Below are positions 54,863 to 64,000 of a stretch of 64,000 nt of DNA, piece by piece. The notes beneath the pieces are model-generated. The model worked only from the letters and a program-made list of their open reading frames with translations, did no database searches and was not told the origin of the DNA. This DNA is from a virus. How positions within the stretch are numbered: the first letter of the stretch is position 1; every line of letters starts with the position of its first letter. Position numbers and translations under genes: made by a program. The stretch spans positions 64,001 through 128,000 of IMG/VR virus record IMGVR_UViG_3300046779_001735; one strand, written 5' to 3'.

Positions 54863-56059
54863 ATGCTTCAAGATTATGCTTCATCCTGCTCGTTCTGTGG
54901 CAAGCACAAGGACGCAGTTAAAAAACTCATAGTTGGAGACAAGGTTGGTATCTGCAACGAATGTGTGCACCTATGTGATGATCTGCTGGAACAAGAATCA
55001 CCTCTTGACAGTGAAGTGTTACAAACCCCTGAACTTGATCCTAAACAGATAAAACAATTTCTTGATCAATATGTAATAGGCCAAGATCAAGCCAAGATCA
55101 TGTTGAGTGTTGCTATTGTTAATCATTATAAGCGCATCAACAATCCAGACCCCGGGGTGGAAATTGACAAAAGCAATGTGCTTTTGCTAGGTCCCACAGG
55201 ATCAGGAAAAACACTCTTGGCTAAAAGTGTGGCTCGATATCTTGATGTGCCTTTTGCTATTGCAGATGCTACTAGTCTAACCGAAGCAGGTTATGTTGGC
55301 GATGATGTGGAAAGTTTAATTAGCCGATTGTACATAGAAAGCAAAGGAGACATTGAAAAAACTCAACGCGGCATTGTGTTTATTGACGAGATTGATAAAA
55401 TAGCCCGCAAAAGTGAAAGTACCAGCATCACACGAGATGTATCAGGCGAAGGTGTGCAACAGGCGCTGCTCAAACTAGTAGAAGGTACTCGTTGTAGAAT
55501 CGCTCCTAGTCTTGGAAGAAAGAATCCCAATCAAGAATTCATTGAAATTGATACCACTAATATTTTGTTTGTTGCAGGCGGCGCATTTGAAGGGTTACAA
55601 GACATCATACAGACCCGTGTGCAAGGTACTGCCATGGGATTCTCTGCTCAGATCAGCAACAAACAGGATCAAAATTTCCTCAGCCAACTCAATCCTGATG
55701 ACCTTGTGAAATTTGGCTTAATTCCGGAGTTTGTAGGAAGATTCACTAATTGGGTGGCTTTGCAAGAACTTGACATTACACAGCTAGTCAGTATCATGTG
55801 CGATGTAAAAAATAATTGGATAAGTCAGTACCAATGGATTTTTGCACAAGACAAAGTAGAGTTAGAGTTCACTGAACAGGCTCTGCTATTAATAGCGCAA
55901 CGAGCCAAGACCACACGAACCGGAGCGCGAGCATTACACAGCGAGCTAGAACGCATCCTGATGCCACACATGTATCATCTGCGCGATTACCATCGTGACC
56001 AGATTCAAACAGTCAATATAGGCATAGATTTGGTAAATAACCCTACACATTTACAGTGA
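54863..56059 (+). CDS. clpX: ATP-dependent Clp protease ATPase ClpX
   Basis: CSFC..CNEC Zn domain, [37 protein letters not shown] loop and TGAR. Confidence 0.95.
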   Translation: MLQDYASSCSFCGKHKDAVKKLIVGDKVGICNECVHLCDDLLEQESPLDSEVLQTPELDPKQIKQFLDQYVIGQDQAKIMLSVAIVNHYKRINNPDPGVEIDKSNVLLLGPTGSGKTLLAKSVARYLDVPFAIADATSLTEAGYVGDDVESLISRLYIESKGDIEKTQRGIVFIDEIDKIARKSESTSITRDVSGEGVQQALLKLVEGTRCRIAPSLGRKNPNQEFIEIDTTNILFVAGGAFEGLQDIIQTRVQGTAMGFSAQISNKQDQNFLSQLNPDDLVKFGLIPEFVGRFTNWVALQELDITQLVSIMCDVKNNWISQYQWIFAQDKVELEFTEQALLLIAQRAKTTRTGARALHSELERILMPHMYHLRDYHRDQIQTVNIGIDLVNNPTHLQ

Positions 56060-56286
56060 GGAGTTCAGTGAGAAAAGGTAAAACAGTAGTGGTACACGAT
56101 GGCAATGTAGAAAAAGCTCTGCGCAAACTCAAGAAAAAAGTTCAAGAGGACCGCTTGCTGATTAACCTACGTGAACGAGAACAGTATACCAAACCCACAA
56201 CACAGCGCAAACTCAAGGCCAATGCTGCCCGTAACCGTTGGCGCAAATATCTGGCAAGTCAGAAATTGCCTGCCAAAAGATATTGA
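56056..56286 (+). CDS. rpsU: Ribosomal protein bS21
   Basis: [16 protein letters not shown]...[19 protein letters not shown] at 56034-39. An alternative start is GTG 56068 after GAGGAG. Confidence 0.85.
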   Translation: MRSSVRKGKTVVVHDGNVEKALRKLKKKVQEDRLLINLREREQYTKPTTQRKLKANAARNRWRKYLASQKLPAKRY

Positions 56287-56374
56287 CCAATCCTTAAAAA
56301 TCCTGTATAAATACACTTGTAGCGCCGAAGTCGGGCTACTTAATGTCATTCTTGCTTAATGAAAGGAGAAAACA
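56283..56374 (+). promoter_or_regulatory. hsp20 promoter (sigma70 plus late) and ROSE-like RNA thermometer
   Basis: TTGACC, 17-bp spacer, TATAAA(TA). Hairpin at 56319-39. TTCTT-G-CTT (56349-57) pairs with AAGGAGAA (56363-70), leaving a bulged G. Confidence 0.7.
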
Positions 56375-56815
56375 ATGACTAAAATCACATCTTTTGACCT
56401 TACCCCGTTCTATCGCAACACAGTTGGCATTGATCGATTGTTTGATCGCATCACTGCACAGATTGATGCAACTGCCACAGGTAACTATCCTCCCTATGAT
56501 ATCCTACGCACCGGCGATGATCATTATGAGATTCGCGTAGCTGCTGCGGGCTTTAGTCAGGGAGAAATTGACGTGGAGTTTCATGAAGGCAAACTTACCA
56601 TTCGTGGACAGCATGCTCAAACACTAGACGATCAAACGGTTGAATATCTGCATCATGGCATCAGTAATCGTACTTTTGTACGCAGTTTTACCTTGGCTGA
56701 CTACGTGGAAGTCAAGGGTGCTGTTATGAAAGATGGTATTTTAACTGTGCAGTTGGAACGTGTAATACCTGAGAGTCAAAAGCCAAAATCTATTGCAATC
56801 ACATACGCTGGTTGA
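56375..56815 (+). CDS. ibpA: Small heat shock protein Hsp20 (IbpA-like)
   Basis: GIDRLFD, NYPPYDI, AAGF, YLHHGIS.R.F.RSFTLA, DGILTV and I.I C-terminus. Confidence 0.93.
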   Translation: MTKITSFDLTPFYRNTVGIDRLFDRITAQIDATATGNYPPYDILRTGDDHYEIRVAAAGFSQGEIDVEFHEGKLTIRGQHAQTLDDQTVEYLHHGISNRTFVRSFTLADYVEVKGAVMKDGILTVQLERVIPESQKPKSIAITYAG

Positions 56816-56822
56816 TATTGTG

Positions 56823-56848
56823 TAAATACAGGGGGAGGCAACTCCCCC
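56823..56848 (+). promoter_or_regulatory. Late promoter followed by a GNRA-capped hairpin
   Basis: TAAATA at 56823-28, then GGGGGAG-GCAA-CTCCCCC. Confidence 0.6.
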
Positions 56849-56867
56849 ATTATTCAAGGAACGTAAA

Positions 56868-57179
56868 ATGTCTAATGCTGAAGCTGCTACAGAGACCAAA
56901 ACAAATATCAACGCAGAACTCAAAGAACCGCCAATGTTTAAGGTGATCTATCTCAATGACAATCAAACTTCCATGGAGTTTGTGGTCGCAAGTCTAGTTG
57001 AATTTTTTGATTATAGCGAAGAAACAGCAGCCTCTATTACTCTTGACATCCATAATCTAGGCGCTGCTACTGTTGCAGTGCTGCCCTATGAAATCGCTGA
57101 ACAAAAGGGAGTGGAAGTTACTATGAGTGCCAGGGCTAATAACTATCCGTTGCAACTACGTCTGGAAGCCGACGCCTAG
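56868..57179 (+). CDS. clpS: N-degron adaptor ClpS
   Basis: EPPMFKVIYLNDNQTSMEFV...IH..G.A.V...YEIAEQK...YPL. Confidence 0.93.
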   Translation: MSNAEAATETKTNINAELKEPPMFKVIYLNDNQTSMEFVVASLVEFFDYSEETAASITLDIHNLGAATVAVLPYEIAEQKGVEVTMSARANNYPLQLRLEADA

Positions 57180-57967
57180 GCTATCTGAATCCGTTTGGGA
57201 TAATACACCGACTGTTTGAAGTCGGTGTTTCCTCGTCCTCTACAGTTGTTTACGTAGCGCACATTGTCAATCATGCGATCCACGGGCAAATGATAATGGC
57301 CAAAACACCAGGTGTGTAGTTTGTTTTCAAGATCGTTTGTTAATGCGAGATTCATTAAGGAGTTAACCATGCAGTTAAATCTATAATTGCCGTTCAAATC
57401 TATGTCGTGATCAATTAGATCGCTTCTTGGTACTGTGTGCGTGATCACTACAATGTGTTTGACATCTTGATGTACCTGTAATCGTTGAACGCTGCGTATG
57501 ATATAGGCAGCATCTGTTCTACTAAGTTCTTTGATTAGATGGCTATCTGCATCATAACCATCCTTGAACATTTTTTGCATCCACCAATGATGAGTTTGAT
57601 CCTCATCAATTGACTGGTCCGCATCAAATCCCCACCAGCCATTGGTGGCCAAGAAAGCAACATTGTTCATTACTACAACGTTTTCTTGCAGATACACTAC
57701 ATTTTTTAAACGTTTGATATCGTTAGTAAGAGTCTTATAACTATAGGCTAAATCGGACATGTATAATTTGTGTTCGTCATTACCATCTATGTAAAATACC
57801 ATATGATAACATGCGGCCAGATGTTCCAGAGTCTTGATAAGGATATCTCTATCAACTGCTAGATCACCGGCTACTACAGCAAAGGGACTGGTGGCCTGTC
57901 CAGTCCAATCAAACTGATCCCAGGTTTCGTGATGTACGTCAGAAATTAAATCGAATGACAAAGGCAT
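57176..57967 (-). CDS. Calcineurin-like metallophosphoesterase
   Basis: SDVH, AGDL, GNDE, THT and FGHYH. TAAATA at 57974-79. Confidence 0.8.
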   Translation of the reverse strand: MPLSFDLISDVHHETWDQFDWTGQATSPFAVVAGDLAVDRDILIKTLEHLAACYHMVFYIDGNDEHKLYMSDLAYSYKTLTNDIKRLKNVVYLQENVVVMNNVAFLATNGWWGFDADQSIDEDQTHHWWMQKMFKDGYDADSHLIKELSRTDAAYIIRSVQRLQVHQDVKHIVVITHTVPRSDLIDHDIDLNGNYRFNCMVNSLMNLALTNDLENKLHTWCFGHYHLPVDRMIDNVRYVNNCRGRGNTDFKQSVYYPKRIQIA

Positions 57968-57991
57968 AATACATATTTAAAAGGAAATGCA

Positions 57992-58348
57992 ATGCACATT
58001 ATATTTGATGAAGCTGCTAGAAGCGAACTGTCAGACAAGCACGTAGTACTAGAACTAGACACAGTGCGGGTGAATGACAAGTTTGTAACTGCATACTGCG
58101 TAGTTGAACACATACCATTTCAAGATCTTGGCCGAATAGGTCAGCTCTACGATCATCATCATGAAATGTTGCTGCTTTATAAAAATAGAAACTGGATTGA
58201 AGCTTTAGACATTGCTTCAAGCCTGCTAGGCCAATGGGGCGGCCGAGTAGACAGCTTCTATGAAATCATGAAACAGCGTTTAGAAGATCTAATGCTTAAT
58301 GATCCAGGGCCTGATTGGCAACCTGTGATTGATCGTACACCTGTTTAG
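57992..58348 (+). CDS. Hypothetical protein resembling the C-terminal tail of class III adenylate cyclases
   Basis: ELDTVRV...YKNRNW..A...D..Y....R...P..DW..V. AAGGA RBS. Confidence 0.5.
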   Translation: MHIIFDEAARSELSDKHVVLELDTVRVNDKFVTAYCVVEHIPFQDLGRIGQLYDHHHEMLLLYKNRNWIEALDIASSLLGQWGGRVDSFYEIMKQRLEDLMLNDPGPDWQPVIDRTPV

Positions 58349-59586
58349 AAACATTGCATCACTGCTGACTGTACCTGCCACAGTGGCATGGCATCATTAT
58401 GAGTTTTGTAGTCAGGATATTGATCATACAATGCAAGATGTTGATGCCATTCGGTACCTTGTCTGCTGTTTAATGTATTCCGTATGGCCTGTTGCATATT
58501 GACCATGTATTCATTAACAACCTGAGAAAAGAAAACTTGGCTGAAAAAATGTTGTTGGTTACGTTCTGCAATTCGTCTAAGAGCCTGATGTAATTGAATT
58601 TTTTTCGCTTGCGGCATACGCGAGATTCTTTGCATTTCTTGAGCAATACATCTTAGGCGTTGCACTGGGTCAACTTCTTGGTCATAGCTTTCATCTATCA
58701 ATGTGTCAAAGGTTTCAAATCCATAGTTTTGCAAATAGCGCAGACTGCCCGCGGGAGCAACCAGTATAAACGGTTGAGCACATGCTAGAGGCCTAAGAGT
58801 TTTTTCGGTCAAATATATACGTGATTCATCAAATATGGTTTCAAGTACAACGTCAATAGCACAAGAGGTGTAATGATCTGCGTCATAGGTGGCACTATTG
58901 TGACTACTAACTTGAGTATTACCAAATAGATTTTCAAGGTCCAGGTTGTGGATGTCAAATCTTGGGTTAACAAACTTATGATCAAGATAACACCCTTGAT
59001 CCTGCGTGCTAAATGTTACCCTGCAATGATGTGCAATGTCTGACAACATTGATAACAACAACAGTCTATACTCTCTTGATCCTGACCAAGCTCTGGCATA
59101 GATATTAAAATCATATGTCAAAGTATTATGCTGCTGAAGTCTTGGATCAACCATGGCATACCTATACCAATCACGAGCTAATAATGCATGACTCCATACA
59201 TACACCGGTTCAAATCCATTTGCATGATACTGTTCAACCTGACTGCTGTTATATTCACTGTGAGTTAGAATACATCGATCATGAATGTTTATTTCACAGG
59301 CACTGCGCAGATTACGGGCAAACCAAAACTGTCTAAACTGTTCTGGCCAGTCCTTAAACCATGTGACATCATTAAGATTATTAGCACCATATAGATCCCA
59401 GTTCAGTGGTTCTTGATCATGGCATATCATAATAGGTCGCGTAACACAGTCAAACATTGTATAATCACGCTTGGGTGTGAGATGTTCTAGGTTTTTGGAA
59501 CCATGAGGCCAAAAGCGATAAATTACAAGGTCCTGTTTGATTACATCATCAAGGTAATCATATAGAGTATCCAATGGAACAAACAT
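58345..59586 (-). CDS. Hypothetical protein with a GT10-like C-terminal domain
   Basis: VVLET...YLTEKTLRPL...PFI...YLQNYGFETF..IDESYD. Confidence 0.6.
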   Translation of the reverse strand: MFVPLDTLYDYLDDVIKQDLVIYRFWPHGSKNLEHLTPKRDYTMFDCVTRPIMICHDQEPLNWDLYGANNLNDVTWFKDWPEQFRQFWFARNLRSACEINIHDRCILTHSEYNSSQVEQYHANGFEPVYVWSHALLARDWYRYAMVDPRLQQHNTLTYDFNIYARAWSGSREYRLLLLSMLSDIAHHCRVTFSTQDQGCYLDHKFVNPRFDIHNLDLENLFGNTQVSSHNSATYDADHYTSCAIDVVLETIFDESRIYLTEKTLRPLACAQPFILVAPAGSLRYLQNYGFETFDTLIDESYDQEVDPVQRLRCIAQEMQRISRMPQAKKIQLHQALRRIAERNQQHFFSQVFFSQVVNEYMVNMQQAIRNTLNSRQGTEWHQHLALYDQYPDYKTHNDAMPLWQVQSAVMQCF

Positions 59587-59608
59587 AAACCTACTTATAG
59601 GAACACTA

Positions 59609-60823
59609 ATGAAACTACAAGTTTATCAACACTGGGATCCGTTAAAAGTTTGTATTGTGGGTGCTTGTTGGCCACCAGAAGCATTTGCTTATATCAAGGA
59701 TGCTAAGTTACGATCAATATTTGAACGCATAGCAATTGAAACCGAAGAAGACCTTGGTACACTTTGTAGGTTTTTAGAACAACGAGGCGTCACAGTTCTT
59801 CGACCTGATGTCAATCGTTGGCAGGAACTTGATTTGCAAGGGGAAATGCCCATGCCTCCGGTCACACCAAGAGATTATCATATCATGATCGGTGATACGT
59901 TTTATTACGCAGGAACCTGGAAGCGTGTGGTATATGCTGATCATTTTGATGAATGGCCCGGATGGAATAGATTTTATCGTGATATTAAACAGCCAGACTG
60001 GCCTAGCTGTCAAAACGAACGCGACTTTGTTAACCTACCCACACGAGTTCAAGACCTAGTATATAATTGCGGATATCTGCGTATACGAAACAGCGAATGG
60101 TATCGCATGGCCGAAAAGCATACCAATCCTGTGGGTGTGTTTGATTCAATATACCGTTACATAGATCAACGCGGAAACGATCGTAGATATACCACACATC
60201 ATGAGTTTGTTAATGGTAGCATGGTTACGAGAGTAGGCCGTGATTTGTTTTTTGCAACAGAGTGGTATGGTGGCATGACCAACGGTTTGAGTATGCTTGC
60301 TGGAAAAATTGCAGGCAAACAGTTTCGCCCACATGTGATTGACACCGGTGGTCATAGTGATGGAACATTTTGTCCTGTGGCCCCGGGTCTAATTATCAGC
60401 TATCATGATCAAACCACATATGAAAAAAGTTTTCCAGGTTGGGAAGTAGTGTATGGCAGTGATCGTAGTTTTCTTGAAACCGTAGCTGACTGGAGAGAAC
60501 TGCGTAAGTGGGGATATGGACGATACTACTTACAGGGACAAGAACAAAGCTCACAGCTCAAAGACTTCCTTGATACCTATATGCGGCATTGGACAGGTAA
60601 TGCAGTGGAAACCAAATTTTTTGTAAACATCTTAATGGTTGATCCCAAGACAGCAGTTGTGAGTCAGTATGATGAAAATGTTGTACGTGCCATGGAACGT
60701 TATGGCATTACATGCCATGTGTTACCAATGCGCCATCAGTTTTTCTGGGACGCTGGCACACATTGTCATACTTGTGATCTAGATCGGGCGGGTGATATGC
60801 AAGATTTTTTTAAAAAGGCCTAG
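59609..60823 (+). CDS. Amidinotransferase-family (pentein) enzyme
   Basis: WDPLKVCIVG, V.RP, PRD, HSDG..P..PGL, VNIL and GTHCHTCDL.R. Confidence 0.75.
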   Translation: MKLQVYQHWDPLKVCIVGACWPPEAFAYIKDAKLRSIFERIAIETEEDLGTLCRFLEQRGVTVLRPDVNRWQELDLQGEMPMPPVTPRDYHIMIGDTFYYAGTWKRVVYADHFDEWPGWNRFYRDIKQPDWPSCQNERDFVNLPTRVQDLVYNCGYLRIRNSEWYRMAEKHTNPVGVFDSIYRYIDQRGNDRRYTTHHEFVNGSMVTRVGRDLFFATEWYGGMTNGLSMLAGKIAGKQFRPHVIDTGGHSDGTFCPVAPGLIISYHDQTTYEKSFPGWEVVYGSDRSFLETVADWRELRKWGYGRYYLQGQEQSSQLKDFLDTYMRHWTGNAVETKFFVNILMVDPKTAVVSQYDENVVRAMERYGITCHVLPMRHQFFWDAGTHCHTCDLDRAGDMQDFFKKA

Positions 60824-61608
60824 CGCCATAAATTACGCCAACTGTCTTCGATTAATGTAGATATGGCACTATGTTCTAAATTTATTACAATACCCACGCG
60901 ATCCCGCTGGCTTCGATTATGCACCCAATGGGGATGATTAAATGTATCAATTAGTCCAACCCAATCTTGTTTAATAGGTACCATGCCAAATCCCGCTATA
61001 CCAAAGTCGTTTCCTTCATCCCACTGTGCTCCCCAAAAAATACTGCTTAGGCCAATCTTCATGCCTTGGTTATAGTCCATGTGAGGATCAAGATACTCTG
61101 TGGGAGGTAACATAAACGCTGTAACTGAATAAAGATTATGCTCTTGTACCAAATTTTGAACAAACAACCTTATGGGATGATTTGCATCCAAGGCCCATGC
61201 ACACTGCATCTTATTCCTAAATCTTCGAGCCATTGTATATTCAACATAAAGTGTGCCTGTATATGTTTCGGTTAGCCAATCTTCTGGACCAAAAAGAATT
61301 CTTCCTTGCCATAGGCGCTGTTCTGGTTCAGACTCTAACCTTTGCGTGGTGTTATGTCCTACCCAGTTAGATTGAGTAAACGCAGTATTTTGTAACGAAT
61401 CAATGGTCAGACCTTCAGGATAAAACCATTTTTTTATGTCTGCTTCGAACTCATTTGCATCTAACTTTGGCGGGTTGACAGACAAAGGCAACCAAGGAAT
61501 GCCTGAAAATATTATTTTGTTAAAATCAACATCTTGGCGATCAATGTGTGCTTGACGCAAGCGTTGCACTAGCGGAAACTGATCATGAAATATCTCTGTT
61601 TGATTCAT
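60820..61608 (-). CDS. Asp/Asn beta-hydroxylase-like 2OG-Fe(II) oxygenase
   Basis: LPP..YLDPHMD...D...PHWVHN.S..DR. Start uncertain. Confidence 0.6.
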   Translation of the reverse strand: MNQTEIFHDQFPLVQRLRQAHIDRQDVDFNKIIFSGIPWLPLSVNPPKLDANEFEADIKKWFYPEGLTIDSLQNTAFTQSNWVGHNTTQRLESEPEQRLWQGRILFGPEDWLTETYTGTLYVEYTMARRFRNKMQCAWALDANHPIRLFVQNLVQEHNLYSVTAFMLPPTEYLDPHMDYNQGMKIGLSSIFWGAQWDEGNDFGIAGFGMVPIKQDWVGLIDTFNHPHWVHNRSQRDRVGIVINLEHSAISTLIEDSWRNLWR

Positions 61609-62077
61609 AAAGCGACTTTCTGTATGGAGTGAGTTTGGCGAAAGCATACAATGCCCAACGCCAAATTGGGGTTTCTATATCTAGAGTGTATAATCCAGGA
61701 TAATCAAAATGCGTGCCAGGCTCATAGTATTCAACTGGATTTTGATGATTGAACAAGGTATGATCGGGGTATTGTTTGCCTAAATGAATATCGTGTGGAT
61801 TGAGATCAATACCGTCTGCGATGATTCCTTTAATTTGCACTCGGTTATCAATAATCCAAAGATTATTCAAATCTCCTACATGTATCTGAAGTTGGTCAAA
61901 CCTACCTAGTGTAAGTTCTTGTTCAAGCATGTTTAAGCCATTGCTCAGTAATTGAGTTGTGGTGTTTTGATCAAACCTTGATGAAATTTTAATAGGCACT
62001 GCATCCAGGGTACTAAGTTCTGAGTAAAACCATACTTGTATCTTGGTAATTTTTTTGTCTTGGTGTGTCATATGCAA
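61583..62077 (-). CDS. Hypothetical protein
   Basis: 164-aa ORF co-oriented with the downstream oxygenase. Confidence 0.65.
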   Translation of the reverse strand: MHMTHQDKKITKIQVWFYSELSTLDAVPIKISSRFDQNTTTQLLSNGLNMLEQELTLGRFDQLQIHVGDLNNLWIIDNRVQIKGIIADGIDLNPHDIHLGKQYPDHTLFNHQNPVEYYEPGTHFDYPGLYTLDIETPIWRWALYAFAKLTPYRKSLYESNRDIS

Positions 62078-62110
62078 TAATTATTGATAACCTTTACATC
62101 GGGAGAATTT

Positions 62111-63364
62111 ATGAACAAAATTGGTTTTATAGGACTAGGCAAGCTAGGGCTTGATTGCGCTGAGGTTTTCGCTGAAAAATATCAAACTTCAGGTTATGAT
62201 ATTTATCCACGATCAAGCCATTCTGTGCAAGTGTACACAGACATAGGTGAGATGATCAACACCAGCGATTGGATATTCATTGCTGTGCCTACACCGCATG
62301 CCGAAGGCTATGACGGATCAGTGCCTAGTTCGCACATGGAGCCTAAAGACTTTGGGCATGATGCTGTGATAGATGCGATCAACAACATCAATGCTCATGC
62401 TACATCGCCAAAAAAGGTAGTTTTAATTTCAACGGTGTTGCCCGGAACCACACGACGCAAATTTATTAGTTTACTTGATCCCATGCACTCGTTTTTGTAC
62501 AACCCATATTTGATTGCCATGGGGTCGGTTAAGTGGGACATGTCTAACCCTGAAATGGTAATCATTGGTACTGAAGACGGCAGTGTCACAGGTGTTGCGG
62601 GCGAGCTAATTGAGCTTTATCGTGGCATCATGAAAAACGATCCAAGATACGAAGTAGGTACCTGGGATGAATGTGAAGCAATCAAGATCTTTTACAACAC
62701 ATTTATTTCGGCCAAGGTTGGCTTGGCCAACATGATACAGGACTTTGCTCTAAGGATCGGTAATATTAATGTGGATGTTGTAACAAATGCTTTAGCTCGC
62801 AGCAACATGCGTATCATGGGACCTAAGTACATGACCGCAGGCATGGGCGATGCTGGTGCTTGCCATCCACGTGACAACATAGCACTGCGTTGGTTAGCGC
62901 AAGAATATGATATTGGCTATGACTTGTTTGACACCATCATGCATGCTCGTGAAATACAGGCACGTAATCTTGCTGAGTTTTTAGTGAAACAATCTTATGG
63001 TGCACTAGATGGCAAAGACTTACCCATTGCCATACACGGCAAAGCCTATAAGCCTGATGTTGAATATTGTATTGGCAGTTATTCAACATTGGTTGGACAT
63101 TATGTCAAGCAAATGGGCTACAAGGTCAAGTACATTGATCCCTTGGCTGACGATACCACTGATGTTGTTACAGATCTTGGTGATGTTCCACATGTGGTGT
63201 TATGGGCACACAATCGCAAGATCACATACGAATACACAGGTGATCAACAAGACACACAACCTTACTGCGCAATACCGCAAGGCTCAATTATTGTAGATCC
63301 GTGGCGCAAACTAAAACCAACAGCAAAGCACACTGTGATTCATTATGGTAATACCAGACACTAA
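62111..63364 (+). CDS. ugd: UDP-glucose/GDP-mannose 6-dehydrogenase family protein
   Basis: IGLGKLG, IAVPTP, STVLPGT, E..K..YN.F...K, GACHPRD and AYKP. GGAG RBS before ATG 62111. Confidence 0.88.
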   Translation: MNKIGFIGLGKLGLDCAEVFAEKYQTSGYDIYPRSSHSVQVYTDIGEMINTSDWIFIAVPTPHAEGYDGSVPSSHMEPKDFGHDAVIDAINNINAHATSPKKVVLISTVLPGTTRRKFISLLDPMHSFLYNPYLIAMGSVKWDMSNPEMVIIGTEDGSVTGVAGELIELYRGIMKNDPRYEVGTWDECEAIKIFYNTFISAKVGLANMIQDFALRIGNINVDVVTNALARSNMRIMGPKYMTAGMGDAGACHPRDNIALRWLAQEYDIGYDLFDTIMHAREIQARNLAEFLVKQSYGALDGKDLPIAIHGKAYKPDVEYCIGSYSTLVGHYVKQMGYKVKYIDPLADDTTDVVTDLGDVPHVVLWAHNRKITYEYTGDQQDTQPYCAIPQGSIIVDPWRKLKPTAKHTVIHYGNTRH

Positions 63365-63365
63365 C

Positions 63366-63863
63366 ATGTGGGCCCAAGGGTCTATTTCAGATCCTTGGTG
63401 GGGCACACAACATCGAAGTCTTGATTACATCAATGAACCTTTTAATAATTTAGACTCAGTCGCTCGCTGGCGCGAACTTGGTTACACACAGACCAAATTC
63501 ACAGGCGATATGTATGACATGCGTCAACCAGAACCTGTTTGGATATCTGGATTTCGCGAAATGTTTCCGTTGCGATATTTCAGTTGGAGTGTGTATCGTA
63601 TGACTCCGGGTTGTACCCTCCCGGAACATGGAGACACCTATGCGTTTTTCAAGAAAAAGCACAGGCTGGCAGAAGATACCACAATCGTTCGCATAATAGT
63701 GTTCTTAGAAGAATGGCAAAGCGGTCACTATCTTGAAATGAACAAACGTCCTGTGATAAAATGGGACAAGGGAGATTGGGTATGCTGGGGCAACCAATTT
63801 TTGCATCTTGCTGCCAATGTTGGGCAAACCAACCGTTACACTCTACAAATCACAGGAATCTAA
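63366..63863 (+). CDS. 2OG-Fe(II) oxygenase-like protein
   Basis: PG..LPEHGD...H.AAN.G...RY.LQITG. Confidence 0.65.
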   Translation: MWAQGSISDPWWGTQHRSLDYINEPFNNLDSVARWRELGYTQTKFTGDMYDMRQPEPVWISGFREMFPLRYFSWSVYRMTPGCTLPEHGDTYAFFKKKHRLAEDTTIVRIIVFLEEWQSGHYLEMNKRPVIKWDKGDWVCWGNQFLHLAANVGQTNRYTLQITGI

Positions 63864-63864
63864 T

Positions 63865-64000
63865 ATGACTGTTTACAGCCGCAACGAATGGGATCCACTC
63901 AAACGAATTCTTGTGGGATCAGCTACCAATGCAAATTGGCCTAGCGCAGATCCGGTATTCGCCGAGGAATCTAGCCGTACCAAATGGACCAAAACTCCAG
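63865..64000 (+). CDS. Second amidinotransferase-family gene, truncated by the window end
   Basis: MTVYSRNEWDPLKRILVGSA is the typical amidinotransferase N-terminus. Not in the supplied ORF track. Confidence 0.7.
   Translation, partial: MTVYSRNEWDPLKRILVGSATNANWPSADPVFAEESSRTKWTKTP

Noticed and set aside
1-64000. Stop-codon reassignment (alternative genetic code)
   Set aside because: Conserved genes are full length in the standard code, and TAA, TAG and TGA all end genes at expected positions.
1-64000. The many short antisense or out-of-frame ORFs in the track
   Set aside because: They lie within well-supported genes and have no motifs or initiation signals, so they are treated as shadow ORFs.

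Overview
A 64 kb slice of a large T4-like (myovirus-type) dsDNA phage genome. It is gene-dense, uses the standard code, and shows no tRNA, CRISPR array or mobile element. The host is probably a Gram-negative proteobacterium, inferred from kdsA, ISC-type iscU/iscA, a DesA-like desaturase and a ROSE-like hsp20 leader. Layout: (1) 1-14.3 kb, a glycan island of about 16 genes (epimerase, GT-A and KpsC/KpsS-like GT-B glycosyltransferases, kinase, nucleotidyltransferase-HAD, three methyltransferases). (2) 15.5-31 kb, the replication core (AAA ATPase, UvsW-like helicase, primase, gp41/DnaB helicase, two different C-family DnaE polymerase genes), interleaved with kdsA and tailoring enzymes. (3) 31.8-38.2 kb, late putative head/internal proteins, including a Pol-beta nucleotidyltransferase fused to a ligase-like domain. 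(4) iscU, desaturase, iscA, exonuclease, beta-helix tail protein, nrdAB, glutaredoxin, PAAR and DNA ligase. (5) A roughly 210-nt structured intergenic RNA candidate. (6) A clpX-rpsU(bS21)-hsp20-clpS cassette. (7) A second sugar-modification cluster (amidinotransferases, 2OG oxygenases, UDP-sugar dehydrogenase). The most striking unexplained signals are in RNA and translational control: a 3'UTR with anti-Shine-Dalgarno hairpin loops exactly complementary to its own gene's RBS, many promoters positioned to give leaderless mRNAs, a phage bS21, a ROSE-like thermometer and the candidate ncRNA. All calls come from reading motifs by eye; no searches or folding programs were run.
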